Assembly: GCA_015478725.1 (NCBI GenBank)
Contig: JADMIG010000002.1
Location: 57,254 to 121,253, forward strand
From: Chloroflexota bacterium
Lineage (GTDB): Bacteria; Chloroflexota; Limnocylindria; Limnocylindrales; CSP1-4
DNA length: 64,000 bases
Direction: 5' to 3'
Shown: one piece after another, positions 38,422-48,241 of the stretch
Layout: the number at the start of each line of letters is the position of its first letter
Numbering within the stretch: the stretch's first letter is position 1
Notes under the pieces: generated by a model
What the model was told of the DNA's origin: nothing
Databases searched by the model: none
The model's input: the letters and a program-made list of their open reading frames with translations, nothing else
Translations under genes and position numbers: made by a program

Positions 38422-38837
38422 GCGGACGGGTACAACCTCGCGAGGTGGTGGCCGCCGGAGCTGTCTCGCCCCGGATCGAATCCCGGGAGCCGGCAGCGGA
38501 GGGACCGCACGGGGGTCGCGTCCGACGATGACGTCGGCTGCGGCCGATCCGGGTCGCTCGTGGACCGGTGTTGCAATCGGCTGGCCACTCGGTAATATAC
38601 GGCATCGCTTCGGCGGCTACCTGCGCGCCGCCCGGCCTCGTCATCCGCGACGCTGTCGTAACGCACCACCGCCTCCCCCGATGAACGGCCGCGTCCCATC
38701 GCCGCCGGATCGTCGGGATACGAGGGCGAAGGGCGCCGTCAGCCCGCCGGATGACGATCCCGAGGTGCTGCGCGGGCTGTCGACCGGCGCGTCGACCGGC
38801 AGTCGCCGGTCGATGAGCGATCAGGAGGAGACAGTTC

Positions 38838-40160
38838 ATGAAAGTCACCAAGCTCGGCGCGCTCGCGTCCGGTGCGGTGCTCGTCCTTGGCGCGTGCAGC
38901 AGCGCGGCCACCCCGAGCCCGTCCACCAGCGGCGCCGCCTCGACAGCACCGTCCGCGGCCACATCGGCCGCCGCCAGCGGCGGCGCGACGAAGGGCACGA
39001 TCCACATCGCGATCAGCCTCCCGCTCCAGGGCAGCGAGCTCGCGGCATCCCAGCCGATCATCAACGGCGTCCTGCTCGCGGTGAAGCAGGCCGGCGGCAC
39101 GGCCGGCGGATACACCGTCGACGTCCCGCAGTCGGCGATCTACGACGACGCCCTCAACGGCGCGCACGATCCGCAGACCGGCGCGGCGAACATGACGAAG
39201 ATCGTCGCGGACGCGAGCACCGTGGCCGTGGTCGCGTCGCTCAACTCGAACGTCGCCCAGGCGGAGATCCCGATCTCCAACGCGGCCGGCCTGCTCCAGT
39301 GCTCACCGGCCAACACGAACCCGGGGCTCACACAGGGCGCCCCCGCGGCCCAGCTCCGGACCAAGCCGAACAACTACATCCGCGTCGTCACCACGGACAA
39401 CCTCCAGGGTCCGGCGGCCGCCCAGTACATCATCCAGACGCTCGGCAAGAAGTCCGTCTACATCATCGACGACACCGAGACCTACGGTAAGGGCATCGCC
39501 GACGCCTTCGAGGCCGAGTTCAAGAAGGAAGGCGGCACCGTCGTCAAGCACGACGCCGCTCCCAAGACGACGAACGACTACGTCTCGATCATGACCGCGG
39601 CAGCGGCCCTCAAGCCGGATTCCATCTACTTCGGCGGCGTCACCGCCACCGGCGGCGCACGGATCCTCCTCGCGGCCGCCCAGGCCGGCCTCGGGAATGT
39701 CCCGTTCGTCGGCGGCGATGGCATCAATGACGGCTCTGGCCAGACGAAGGACTCGTTCCTCAACCTGGCGGGTGCCGCTGCGGCGAACGCATTCAGCACG
39801 CTCGCCGGCATCGGCGACTTCCCGGGCAAGGTCCAGTTCAACACCGACTACAAGGCCGCCTACGGCCAGGACGCGACCGGCTATGCCGGGATGGGATACG
39901 CCTGCGGCCAGGTCATCCTCGACGCGATCAATCGCGCCGCGGCGACCAACCCCGCGGACATGGCCGGCCTCCGCGAGGCGGTCCGCGTCGCAGCCACGGA
40001 TACGTCGCATAGCTATACGACGATCCTCGGCCCGGTCACGTTCGACGCGAACGGCGACACGAGCCAGCACATCGTCTCGATCTACGCCGTCGATCCGACG
40101 GCAGCGGGCGGCAAGGGCGACTGGGTCTTCAAGATCCAGGTCAACTACGGCGCCAAGTAG
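38838..40160 (+). CDS. Branched-chain amino acid ABC transporter substrate-binding lipoprotein (LivJ/LivK-type)
   Basis: Signal peptide + lipobox LVLGAC. Type I periplasmic binding fold. First gene of a 5-gene ABC operon. Confidence 0.85.
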   Translation: MKVTKLGALASGAVLVLGACSSAATPSPSTSGAASTAPSAATSAAASGGATKGTIHIAISLPLQGSELAASQPIINGVLLAVKQAGGTAGGYTVDVPQSAIYDDALNGAHDPQTGAANMTKIVADASTVAVVASLNSNVAQAEIPISNAAGLLQCSPANTNPGLTQGAPAAQLRTKPNNYIRVVTTDNLQGPAAAQYIIQTLGKKSVYIIDDTETYGKGIADAFEAEFKKEGGTVVKHDAAPKTTNDYVSIMTAAAALKPDSIYFGGVTATGGARILLAAAQAGLGNVPFVGGDGINDGSGQTKDSFLNLAGAAAANAFSTLAGIGDFPGKVQFNTDYKAAYGQDATGYAGMGYACGQVILDAINRAAATNPADMAGLREAVRVAATDTSHSYTTILGPVTFDANGDTSQHIVSIYAVDPTAAGGKGDWVFKIQVNYGAK

Positions 40161-40245
40161 CACCAGCCACTGACCGGCGAGGCCGGGGCTCTTCGAGCCC
40201 CGGCCTCGCACTATCCGCCCGCTCACCTGATCGGAGGTCGAGGAC

Positions 40246-41322
40246 GTGACCGCGGTCGCAGCGAGCCCCGCCAGGCTGGTGGATCCGCGCCGGCGGAACG
40301 CCAGGTTCATCGTCGCCGCGATCGCCCTCGTCGCCTGCTATTCCCTGTTCCTCTGGGGAGCCCTCGTCCTCACCCAGGGCCTGCCCGTCGACGCATCGTT
40401 CCGGCTCGCCCTCCAGCAGACGGCCAACGCGCTGTCCATCGGGTCGATCTACGCGCTCATCGCCCTCGGCTACACGATGGTGTACGGCATCATCGAGCTC
40501 ATCAACTTCGCCCACGGCGACATCTTCATGATCGGCTCCTTCCTCGCCGTCATCGTCACCGGCTACATCGGTGGTCAGAGCGGCCCGATCACGAACAACC
40601 TGCCGCTCCTCGTCATCCTCATCGTCGGCGCGCTGCTCTTCACGATGCCGATCGTCGGCGTCCTCAACATGCTCATCGAGCGCGCCGTCTACCGGCCCCT
40701 GCGGAACGCGCCGCGCCTCACCCCGCTCATCACCGCGATCGGCATGTCGTTCATCCTCCAGAACGTCGCCCTCGTCATCGCCGGCAGCGGGGACCGCTCC
40801 GCGCCGCAGATCTTCCCGCTCACCTGGCAGGTCGACCTCGGTGGCGCGAACATCCCGCTCCTCTCGATCTTCGTGTTCGTCCTCGCGATCGTCCTCATGG
40901 TCGCCCTCCAGACGTTCGTCTCCCGGACCCGACTCGGGCGGGCGATGCGCGCGACGGCCCAGGACCGCGAGGCATCGGCGCTCATGGGTGTGGACCTCAA
41001 CCAGACGATCGCCCTGACGTTCCTCCTCGGCGGCATGCTCGCCGGCGCGGCCGGCGTGGTGTGGGGCCTCACCCACGGCTACGTCCGGCAGGACCTCGGC
41101 TTCAACGCCGGGCTCAAAGCCTTCACCTCCGCGGTCCTCGGCGGGATCGGCAACATCGCGGGGGCGGTGCTCGGCGGCTTCGTCATCGGCTTCATCGAGA
41201 ACTTCGCGAGCTCGATCGGCTTCTCCCGCTGGTCCGAGTTCCTCACCTTCATGGTCCTCACGTTCGTCCTCATCTTCCGGCCGTCCGGCATCCTCGGCCA
41301 GCAGCTCGGTGACCGGGCATGA
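40246..41322 (+). CDS. livH: Branched-chain amino acid ABC transporter permease
   Basis: Polytopic membrane protein, LivH-type. Confidence 0.85.
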   Translation: MTAVAASPARLVDPRRRNARFIVAAIALVACYSLFLWGALVLTQGLPVDASFRLALQQTANALSIGSIYALIALGYTMVYGIIELINFAHGDIFMIGSFLAVIVTGYIGGQSGPITNNLPLLVILIVGALLFTMPIVGVLNMLIERAVYRPLRNAPRLTPLITAIGMSFILQNVALVIAGSGDRSAPQIFPLTWQVDLGGANIPLLSIFVFVLAIVLMVALQTFVSRTRLGRAMRATAQDREASALMGVDLNQTIALTFLLGGMLAGAAGVVWGLTHGYVRQDLGFNAGLKAFTSAVLGGIGNIAGAVLGGFVIGFIENFASSIGFSRWSEFLTFMVLTFVLIFRPSGILGQQLGDRA

Positions 41323-42581
41323 GCACGGCGGTGGCGAAGCGGAGAGGGCCGACCTGGCGTGAGGCACTCGCCACCCACGCCGAGCAGCACCGATCGACGA
41401 CGGTGATCGTGAGCATGCTCATCGCGGGCGTCCTCATGATCTTCCTGCCCAAGGTCCCTCCGCTCACGTTCCTCCAGCCGGCGCAGCCGTGGTACGACTC
41501 GTTCGCGAACGCCGGGGTCTTCGTCCTCCTCGCCCTCGGCCTCAACGTCGTCGTCGGGATGGCGGGGCTCCTCGATCTCGGGTACGCGGCGTTCTTCGCG
41601 ATCGGCGCCTACACGTACGCCTTCGCGGACTCGCCATTCAGCCATAACCACTATCCGTTCCTGCCGATGCTCCTCATCGGGGCCGGGGTCGCGGCGATGT
41701 TCGGCATCGCCCTCGGCGCGCCGACACTGCGGCTCCGCGGCGACTATCTCGCGATCATGACCCTCGGCTTCGGTGAGATCGTGCCGATCGTCTTCCTCAA
41801 CGCGGACCCGTACACCCAGGGCACGAATGGGATCGGCGGCATCTACCGCCCCGAACCGCTGCCGCTCGTCGGCGAGTTCGGGGCGCTCACGCCCTTCGCC
41901 TACTTCATCGTCATGCTCGTCATCATCACGATCGTCATGATCCTCATGTATCGGCTCCAGGATTCCCGGATCGGGCGATCGTGGATGGCGATCCGGGAGG
42001 ACGAGCTCGCCGCCGCCGCGAACGGGATCAACACGGTCACGACGAAGCTCCTCGCCTTCGCCCTCGGAGCGACGACGTCCGGGCTGGCCGGCGTCTTCAA
42101 CGCGTCCAAGCTGACGATCGTGTCGCCGGACCAGTTCGCCTTCACCGTCTCATTCACGGTCCTCGCGATGGTCATCATCGGCGGGATGGGCAACATCTGG
42201 GGCGTCGCGGTCGGAGCGTTCGTCGTCTTCAACATCCAGTCGGTCGTCCTCAAGCAGCTCAACACTGTCTTCGGGGCCCTCGCCACGGCCACCGCGTCCA
42301 TCCCGGGCCTCCACGACGTGACGAACTTCGTCGCGCACATCAACTTCCTCAACTACCAGTTCCTCCTCTACGGCCTCGCCCTCGTCCTCATGATGCTGTT
42401 CAGGCCCGAGGGTCTCTTCCCGAGCCAGCGGCGGCGGCGCGAGCTCCACGTCGCGGACGAGCTCGGCGGGCCGGATGAGGCCGTCGCTCCCGCCGTCCTC
42501 GGCTCGCTCGGCGAGACGTCGGGCGCGGAGGAGGAGTTCGGGGAAGAGGCGGGCGAGGGCGCGCGAGGAGACCGATCGTGA
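41319..42581 (+). CDS. livM: Branched-chain amino acid ABC transporter permease
   Basis: Polytopic membrane protein, LivM-type. Acidic C-terminal tail. Overlaps the neighbouring genes by 4 nt. Confidence 0.85.
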   Translation: MSTAVAKRRGPTWREALATHAEQHRSTTVIVSMLIAGVLMIFLPKVPPLTFLQPAQPWYDSFANAGVFVLLALGLNVVVGMAGLLDLGYAAFFAIGAYTYAFADSPFSHNHYPFLPMLLIGAGVAAMFGIALGAPTLRLRGDYLAIMTLGFGEIVPIVFLNADPYTQGTNGIGGIYRPEPLPLVGEFGALTPFAYFIVMLVIITIVMILMYRLQDSRIGRSWMAIREDELAAAANGINTVTTKLLAFALGATTSGLAGVFNASKLTIVSPDQFAFTVSFTVLAMVIIGGMGNIWGVAVGAFVVFNIQSVVLKQLNTVFGALATATASIPGLHDVTNFVAHINFLNYQFLLYGLALVLMMLFRPEGLFPSQRRRRELHVADELGGPDEAVAPAVLGSLGETSGAEEEFGEEAGEGARGDRS

Positions 42582-43570
42582 CCGACCTCCTGCTCGACGC
42601 GCGCGGCGTGACCAAGCGCTTCGGCGGCCTCGTAGCCGTCAACAACATCGACTTCACGATCCCGGCGCGGTCGATCGTCAGCCTCATCGGCCCGAACGGC
42701 GCGGGCAAGACGACGTTCTTCAACATCATCGCCGGGATCTACGATCCCACCTCCGGCCGGATCGACTTCCGGGGGCGGACGATGATCGCCCACCCGCGGC
42801 GAGCGTGGCTCGAGCCGCTCCTCTGGCTCGTGCCGCCGGGGATCGTCTTCGCCCTCACGTGGCTCCTCAGCACCAGCGGCCTCAGCGGTCCGATCGTCGT
42901 CCTCGGCGCCGTGATCGGGCTCGTCGTGCTCCTCGGGACGCTCGTCACCGGCGTCGCCAGACCGCCGTATTACCAGCGGAACCTCGTCCGCTTCGGGATC
43001 TTCCGCAGCGCGCGCCCGAACGACATGGTGGTCGTGGGCCTCGGTCGGACGTTCCAGAACATCCGGCTCTTCCAGAATATGACGGCCCTCGAGAATGTCC
43101 TCGTCGGGATGCATACGAAGCTCAAGGCGACCTGGCTGGACGCGATGCTCTCGACGCCGCTCGACCGGCGCGAAGAGGCGGAGGCCCGCGTCCGGGCGGC
43201 CGGATTCCTCGCCCTCGTCGGGCTGGCGGACCGTGGTCCAGAGCTCGCGAAGAACCTGCCCTACGGCGACCAGCGGCGCCTCGAGGTGGCCCGCGCACTG
43301 GCCTCCGAACCTGCCCTTCTCCTCCTCGACGAACCGACGGCCGGCATGAATCCGCGCGAGACGGCGGACATGACGGCGCTCATCGGCAAGCTGCGCAACG
43401 AACTCGGCCTGACCATCCTCCTCATCGAGCACGACATGCGGGTCGTGATGGGCATCAGCGACCGCGTCACCGTCCTCGACCACGGCGAGAAGATCGCGGA
43501 GGGGACACCGGAAGAGGTGCGACGGGATCCCAAGGTCATCGAGGCGTATCTCGGGACGCCAGCCGCATGA
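42578..43570 (+). CDS. livG: ABC transporter ATP-binding protein (LivG-type, with inserted TM hairpin)
   Basis: Walker A GPNGAGKTT, ABC signature, LIEHDM. A ~80-aa hydrophobic insertion follows Walker A. Confidence 0.85.
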   Translation: MTDLLLDARGVTKRFGGLVAVNNIDFTIPARSIVSLIGPNGAGKTTFFNIIAGIYDPTSGRIDFRGRTMIAHPRRAWLEPLLWLVPPGIVFALTWLLSTSGLSGPIVVLGAVIGLVVLLGTLVTGVARPPYYQRNLVRFGIFRSARPNDMVVVGLGRTFQNIRLFQNMTALENVLVGMHTKLKATWLDAMLSTPLDRREEAEARVRAAGFLALVGLADRGPELAKNLPYGDQRRLEVARALASEPALLLLDEPTAGMNPRETADMTALIGKLRNELGLTILLIEHDMRVVMGISDRVTVLDHGEKIAEGTPEEVRRDPKVIEAYLGTPAA

Positions 43571-44334
43571 CGGCCGTGAACGCAGCCTCGACATCGCGCT
43601 CGGCACCGGCCGACGGCTCGGCCGAGCCGATGCTCGTCCTCGATCGTGTCCACACCTACTACGGCCACATCCACGCCCTGCAGGGTGTCTCGATCACGAT
43701 CGGGCGAGGCGAGATCGTCACCCTCATCGGCGCGAACGGCGCCGGCAAGACGACGACGCTCAAGACGATCAGCGGGCTGCTCCATCCGCGTGCCGGATCG
43801 GTCACGTTCGAGGGGCGGGACATCAGTCGGACCGCGGCCCATCACCTCGTCCGGGACGGAATCGGCCACGCCCCGGAGGGCCGCCGGATCTTTCCGCGCC
43901 TCAGTGTCCTCGAGAACCTGCAGATGGGCGCGTTCACCCGCGACCAGAAGACGATCGGACCGGACATCGAACGCGTCTTCACCCTGTTCCCGCGACTCCG
44001 CGAGCGGACGCATCAGCTCGGCGGGACCCTGTCGGGCGGAGAGCAGCAGATGCTCGCCATCGGCCGGGCATTGATGAGCCAGCCGCGGGTGCTCCTCCTC
44101 GACGAGCCGTCGCTCGGGCTTTCACCGATCCTCGTCCAGCAGGTGTTCGACACGATCCGCGAGATCAACGCGCTCGGCACGACGGTCCTCCTCGTCGAGC
44201 AGAACGCGCTCCAGGCACTGAACATCGCCCATCGCGGCTACGTCCTCCAGACCGGGACGATCGCACTCGAGGGTCCGGCGCGCTCGCTCATCGCCGACCC
44301 GATGGTCCGGAAGCTCTACCTCGGCGAGGACTGA
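43567..44334 (+). CDS. livF: ABC transporter ATP-binding protein (LivF-type)
   Basis: MTAVNAAS... Walker A GANGAGKTT, LSGGEQQM signature, LLLDEPS Walker B. The track ORF is a long in-frame artefactual extension from 42475. Confidence 0.85.
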   Translation: MTAVNAASTSRSAPADGSAEPMLVLDRVHTYYGHIHALQGVSITIGRGEIVTLIGANGAGKTTTLKTISGLLHPRAGSVTFEGRDISRTAAHHLVRDGIGHAPEGRRIFPRLSVLENLQMGAFTRDQKTIGPDIERVFTLFPRLRERTHQLGGTLSGGEQQMLAIGRALMSQPRVLLLDEPSLGLSPILVQQVFDTIREINALGTTVLLVEQNALQALNIAHRGYVLQTGTIALEGPARSLIADPMVRKLYLGED

Positions 44335-44354
44335 GGACCGAGGACCGTCTCGCT

Positions 44355-44783
44355 TCAGCGCGGTTCCGGCTCGTGGTGGATCTCGAGGACCGCGCGACCG
44401 AGCCCGACGATCCCGATCGCCACGATGACCAGCCCCGGGGCGTGGTCAGGTCGGAGTGCGTCGAGCGGGCCCTCCGCGATGAGGGCGGCCAGCCGGACGA
44501 TGAAGCCGACGAAGGCGACCACGACGACGATGAGGTAGGCCGGCCATCGGTCGAGGCCGATCGGTCGCTCGCTCGTGAACGGCAGGCTCACGAGGGCCAG
44601 CATCGCGAGCGCCGCGAGGAACACGAGGAGGCCCGTTCCCACGAAGGCGTTGTCGCTGTATGGCGGAAGGCCATCCGCGCCGCCGACGGTCGACCAGGGG
44701 ACGAGGCAGCCGACGAGCGTGACGATGGCGAATGCCGCGGCGATGCGACGCCCACGCCCGAGCGGACGACGGTGCATCGTCAC
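44355..44783 (-). CDS. Hypothetical membrane protein
   Basis: 142 aa with 3–4 predicted TM helices. Confidence 0.45.
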   Translation of the reverse strand: MTMHRRPLGRGRRIAAAFAIVTLVGCLVPWSTVGGADGLPPYSDNAFVGTGLLVFLAALAMLALVSLPFTSERPIGLDRWPAYLIVVVVAFVGFIVRLAALIAEGPLDALRPDHAPGLVIVAIGIVGLGRAVLEIHHEPEPR

Positions 44784-45346
44784 TCGGCCGCTCCGTACAC
44801 CTCGGGACGAAGGACGCCCACGAAGCGGAGGTTCCGATAGATCTCGCCGTAGTCCAGCCCGTAGCCAACGACGAACTGATCCGGGATGGTGAAACCGGTG
44901 TAGTCCACGGGGATCTCGACAAGCCGGCGCGCCGGCTTGTCGAGGAGCGTGCAGATCCGGAGCGACTGTGGACCCTTGCCGCGGAGGTAGCGGAGGAGAT
45001 AGTTGAGGGTGAGGCCGGTGTCGATGATGTCCTCCACGAGGAGCACGTGCTCGTCGGCGATGGTCGCCGAGAGGTCCTTGAGGATGCGCACGAGGCCGGT
45101 CGACTCGGTCGTGCTTCCGCCGTAGGAGCTCACCTCCATGAGATCGATCCGGAGCGGGATGTCGATCTCGCGCATGAGGTCGGCCATGAACGGGAGCGAT
45201 CCCTTGAGCACGCTGACGAGGGTGAGACGGCGACCGGCATAGTCCGCGCTGATCTGGCGGCCGAGCTCGGCGACCCGCGCCCGGATCCGGTCCTCGGAGA
45301 CGAGGACCTCGGCCACGTCGGCCCGCAGGTCGGTGGTCTCGCGCAT
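44780..45346 (-). CDS. hpt: Hypoxanthine-guanine phosphoribosyltransferase
   Basis: From MRETTDL. PRPP-binding motif VLLVEDIIDTGLTL. The track ORF has an upstream Arg-rich extension. Confidence 0.85.
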   Translation of the reverse strand: MRETTDLRADVAEVLVSEDRIRARVAELGRQISADYAGRRLTLVSVLKGSLPFMADLMREIDIPLRIDLMEVSSYGGSTTESTGLVRILKDLSATIADEHVLLVEDIIDTGLTLNYLLRYLRGKGPQSLRICTLLDKPARRLVEIPVDYTGFTIPDQFVVGYGLDYGEIYRNLRFVGVLRPEVYGAAE

Positions 45347-45353
45347 CCCCTGG

Positions 45354-46013
45354 TCAGCGCTCCGTCGCAGCCGCGACGGCGTCCGCGGCAGGGCTCGCAT
45401 CCGGACCCACGCGGACGGTCCGGCGGCGGGTGCGGTGGACGCGCGCAGGCGCATCCACGGTGGCCGCCTCGGCCGCAGGCGCAATGGCCGCGCTCGTTGC
45501 CCCCCGACGGTGGGCCGGCGTCGCCTGACCGAGCGTGCCGGTCATCTCGTCAATCAGGGCGACCTTGCCATATTTCAGCATGAGCGCCCGGAAGTCACGG
45601 CCGTAGAACAGCTTGATCCTGATGTCCGGGTAGAGCTCGCGAAGACGGCGGAGCTTCCGGTTCTTCTTTCGGACGAGGCTCTGCCTGAGGGTCGTCATCT
45701 CGACGTACAGCTCGAGATCGGGCAGCCAGAAGTCGGGCGAGAAGCTCTCGACGACAGCCCCCTGAAGGTCCCACAGGATCGGAAACGTCCGCGGCTCGTA
45801 TTCCCAGCGGACGCCGTAGAAGTCGAGGATCCGGGCGAACTCCGCCTCGCTCGCGTGGGCGAAGCCCGGGAGGTCCTGGCTCGAGGCGGGCCCCGCACCG
45901 AGTGCGAGTCGACTCACGGGCGGCCGCGACGGGGACGGGACGGACGGCACCGATGCTCCATCGGCGGTGAGTGTACCGCGCGGCGGGCTGCCGCGGCGGG
46001 CTTGTTCGGACAT
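45354..46013 (-). CDS. Conserved hypothetical protein upstream of hpt (position usually held by tilS, but not TilS-like)
   Basis: From MSEQARRG. The well-composed C-terminal half is EFARILDFYGVRWEYEPRTFPILWDLQGAVVESFSPDFWLPDLELYVEMTT...KKNRKLRRLRELYPDIRIKLFYGRDF. No PP-loop SGGxDS motif. Confidence 0.45.
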   Translation of the reverse strand: MSEQARRGSPPRGTLTADGASVPSVPSPSRPPVSRLALGAGPASSQDLPGFAHASEAEFARILDFYGVRWEYEPRTFPILWDLQGAVVESFSPDFWLPDLELYVEMTTLRQSLVRKKNRKLRRLRELYPDIRIKLFYGRDFRALMLKYGKVALIDEMTGTLGQATPAHRRGATSAAIAPAAEAATVDAPARVHRTRRRTVRVGPDASPAADAVAAATER

Positions 46014-46037
46014 ACCCCCTGGGGGTATGATCGGGTC

Positions 46038-46391
46038 ATGACCGGAACCGAACGACGCAGCAGGCCCACCCCGCCACCCGCCGCGGATTTCCGCCACTCC
46101 TACTCGAAGGACAAGTCGCTGCTCGCGCGGCGACTGTCGCGGATGGAAGGACAGGTCCGTGGGATCGCCCGGATGATCGAGCGGGAGGAGTACTGCGTGG
46201 ACATCCTCCAACAGACCGCTGCGCTTCGGGCAGCGGTCGACGCCCTGTCGATCCTCGTCCTCGAGGATCACGTCCAGGGGTGTGTCCGCACCGCCGCGGA
46301 GCGCGGGGAGGCGGATGCGTACGTGGACGAGGTCATGGACGTCGTTCGACGGACCCTCGGGCGGCCGGTCCGGGCGGGCCGACCGGCCTGA
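46038..46391 (+). CDS. csoR: CsoR/RcnR-family metal-sensing transcriptional repressor
   Basis: DKSLLARRLSRMEGQVRGIARMIEREEYCVDILQQTAALRAAVDALSILVLEDHVQGCV with the conserved Cys/His ligands. The track ORF extends 700 nt upstream artefactually. Confidence 0.8.
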   Translation: MTGTERRSRPTPPPAADFRHSYSKDKSLLARRLSRMEGQVRGIARMIEREEYCVDILQQTAALRAAVDALSILVLEDHVQGCVRTAAERGEADAYVDEVMDVVRRTLGRPVRAGRPA

Positions 46392-46412
46392 CGACGCGCC
46401 GCAACGGGTTGG

Positions 46413-46453
46413 TTATCCACGAACATGTGGACAGCCTGGGGATTGGTGGATAA
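46413..46453. promoter_or_regulatory. Cluster of three DnaA-box-like 9-mers within 41 bp
   Basis: TTATCCACG (46413-21, +), GTGGACAGC (= GCTGTCCAC on the minus strand, 46427-35), GTGGATAAG (= CTTATCCAC on the minus strand, 46445-53). Followed by CCGTTGACA CCCCGTTGAC direct repeats / -35-like elements. Confidence 0.5.
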
Positions 46454-46666
46454 GCCCGTTGACACCCCGTTGACGCACCCGTAACGTCCGGCTTCCGCAC
46501 GCGGGTCGAGGCCGTCGGGCACCGTCGCTCGCGAGGGGTCCGGGGAAACCCGGACCGTGACCGGACGGGCCGCGGAAGACCGACGCTGACCCACCGCGCG
46601 TGCGCCGTACGACGACGCCGGGAACGGAGCGCAGGCGGACCTCGCGCACGGCCCACAGGGAGGTGC

Positions 46667-47503
46667 GTGACCCACCGCCGCGACCCGCTCCCGACGGACG
46701 TCGAAGCATCGCCGGCCCTGCCGGAGCGCTTCCACGAGACCATCGCCGAGGGCCTCCTGTCGATGGGCCTGACGCTCGACCCGGCGGTTCTCCAGGCGAT
46801 CTCCGACCACGTGCGGCTCCTCCTCGCGTGGACGGAGGCGATCAACCTCACCGCGATCCGCGACCCCGTCGCGGTGGCCAGGGACCACGTCCTCGACAGC
46901 CTCACCGCGATCCCGCTCCTGCGGCGGCACGGCGCGGCGCCGATCCTCGACCTCGGGTCCGGCGGCGGATTCCCGGGCCTGCCGCTCGCACTGGCCCTCG
47001 GCTCGGAGCGAGCCCTGCTCGTGGAGTCCGTCGGCAAGAAGGCACGCTTCCTCGCGACCGTGATCGACGCACTCGGCCTGCGCCCACGGGTCGCCGTCGC
47101 CGCGACGCGCATCGAGACCCTCGCGGCGGATCGCCATCATCGAGCCCACTGGCCGATCCTCACCGCCCGCGCGGTCGGGCCGCTCGCCGAGCTCATCGAG
47201 CTCGCCGCGCCGCTCGCCACCACCGGTGGCGTGCTCGTCGCCTGGAAGCGGCGGCGAGATCCGACCGGGTTCGCGGAGCCTACCGGGCGAGGCGGCAGGA
47301 TCGACGGATCGCTCGTCGGAACGGCGGGTGAGTTCGATGCCGCGCGACGGAGCGCGGACCTGCTCGGCTTCGCCGAGCCGGTCGTTCACCCTGTCCACCT
47401 CGCGGGCCTCGGCGACCACGTCCTCGTGGTCGTCGACAAGATCGCTGCGACGCCGCCCGGTTACCCGCGCGACCCCGCGCTGCGCAAGCGACGCCCGTGG
47501 TGA
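46667..47503 (+). CDS. rsmG: 16S rRNA (guanine527-N7)-methyltransferase RsmG (GidB)
   Basis: SAM motif LDLGSGGGFPGLPLAL. GTG start with a GGGAGG RBS 5 nt upstream. Confidence 0.8.
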   Translation: MTHRRDPLPTDVEASPALPERFHETIAEGLLSMGLTLDPAVLQAISDHVRLLLAWTEAINLTAIRDPVAVARDHVLDSLTAIPLLRRHGAAPILDLGSGGGFPGLPLALALGSERALLVESVGKKARFLATVIDALGLRPRVAVAATRIETLAADRHHRAHWPILTARAVGPLAELIELAAPLATTGGVLVAWKRRRDPTGFAEPTGRGGRIDGSLVGTAGEFDAARRSADLLGFAEPVVHPVHLAGLGDHVLVVVDKIAATPPGYPRDPALRKRRPW

Positions 47504-47521
47504 CGGCGCTACCCTGACGCG

Positions 47522-48241
47522 ATGCTCCTCGCGATCCTCTCCGACATCCATGCGAATCGCGCCGCTCTCGAAGCCGTCCTCGCCGCTGCGGGACCCGTCG
47601 ACGGGATCCGGGTCCTCGGCGACATCGTCGGCTACGGACCGGATCCCGACGCCGTCGTGGAACTGCTCGCCAACCGCGGGGCGACCGGCGTGCGCGGCAA
47701 TCACGATCTGGCGGCCCTCGACGGCGAGGGGGTCGACTGGTTCAACCCGGACGCTCGGGCGGCGATCGAATGGACGCGGCACACGATCGGCGAGACGACC
47801 CGCTCCTGGCTCGCGGCTCTCCCGGAACGCCTCGTCGACGGACCGTTCACCCTCGTCCACGGGAGCCCCCGAGATCCCACCTGGGAGTACATCGTGGACG
47901 CCGGCATCGCCGGCGAGAACCTCGTCCATCTCGCGACCCGGCACTGCCTCTTCGGCCACACGCACATCCCGCTCGCGTTCCTGCGGCATGAGGACGGGAT
48001 GCGCGAGCTCCCGGCGGCGAGCAGCCCGCTGACACTCGACGAGCGGACCGCGTTCGTCAACCCGGGCAGCGTCGGACAACCGCGGGACGGCATCCGGGCG
48101 GCGAGCTGGCTCCTCCTCGACACTGCCGGACCCACGGTGACGTGGCGACGGACCCCGTACGACATCGCCGCCACGCAGGCAGCGATGCGATCGGCCGGCC
48201 TCCCTCCACGGCTCATCGCCCGGCTCGACCGAGGCGCCTGA
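47522..48241 (+). CDS. Metallophosphoesterase (YfcE/calcineurin-like)
   Basis: DIHAN, GDIVGYG and GNHD metal-binding motifs. Confidence 0.75.
   Translation: MLLAILSDIHANRAALEAVLAAAGPVDGIRVLGDIVGYGPDPDAVVELLANRGATGVRGNHDLAALDGEGVDWFNPDARAAIEWTRHTIGETTRSWLAALPERLVDGPFTLVHGSPRDPTWEYIVDAGIAGENLVHLATRHCLFGHTHIPLAFLRHEDGMRELPAASSPLTLDERTAFVNPGSVGQPRDGIRAASWLLLDTAGPTVTWRRTPYDIAATQAAMRSAGLPPRLIARLDRGA

Noticed and set aside
45354-46271. Possibility that the gene upstream of hpt is tilS
   Set aside because: No PP-loop (SGGxDS) ATPase motif, and the product is too short and unrelated in sequence.
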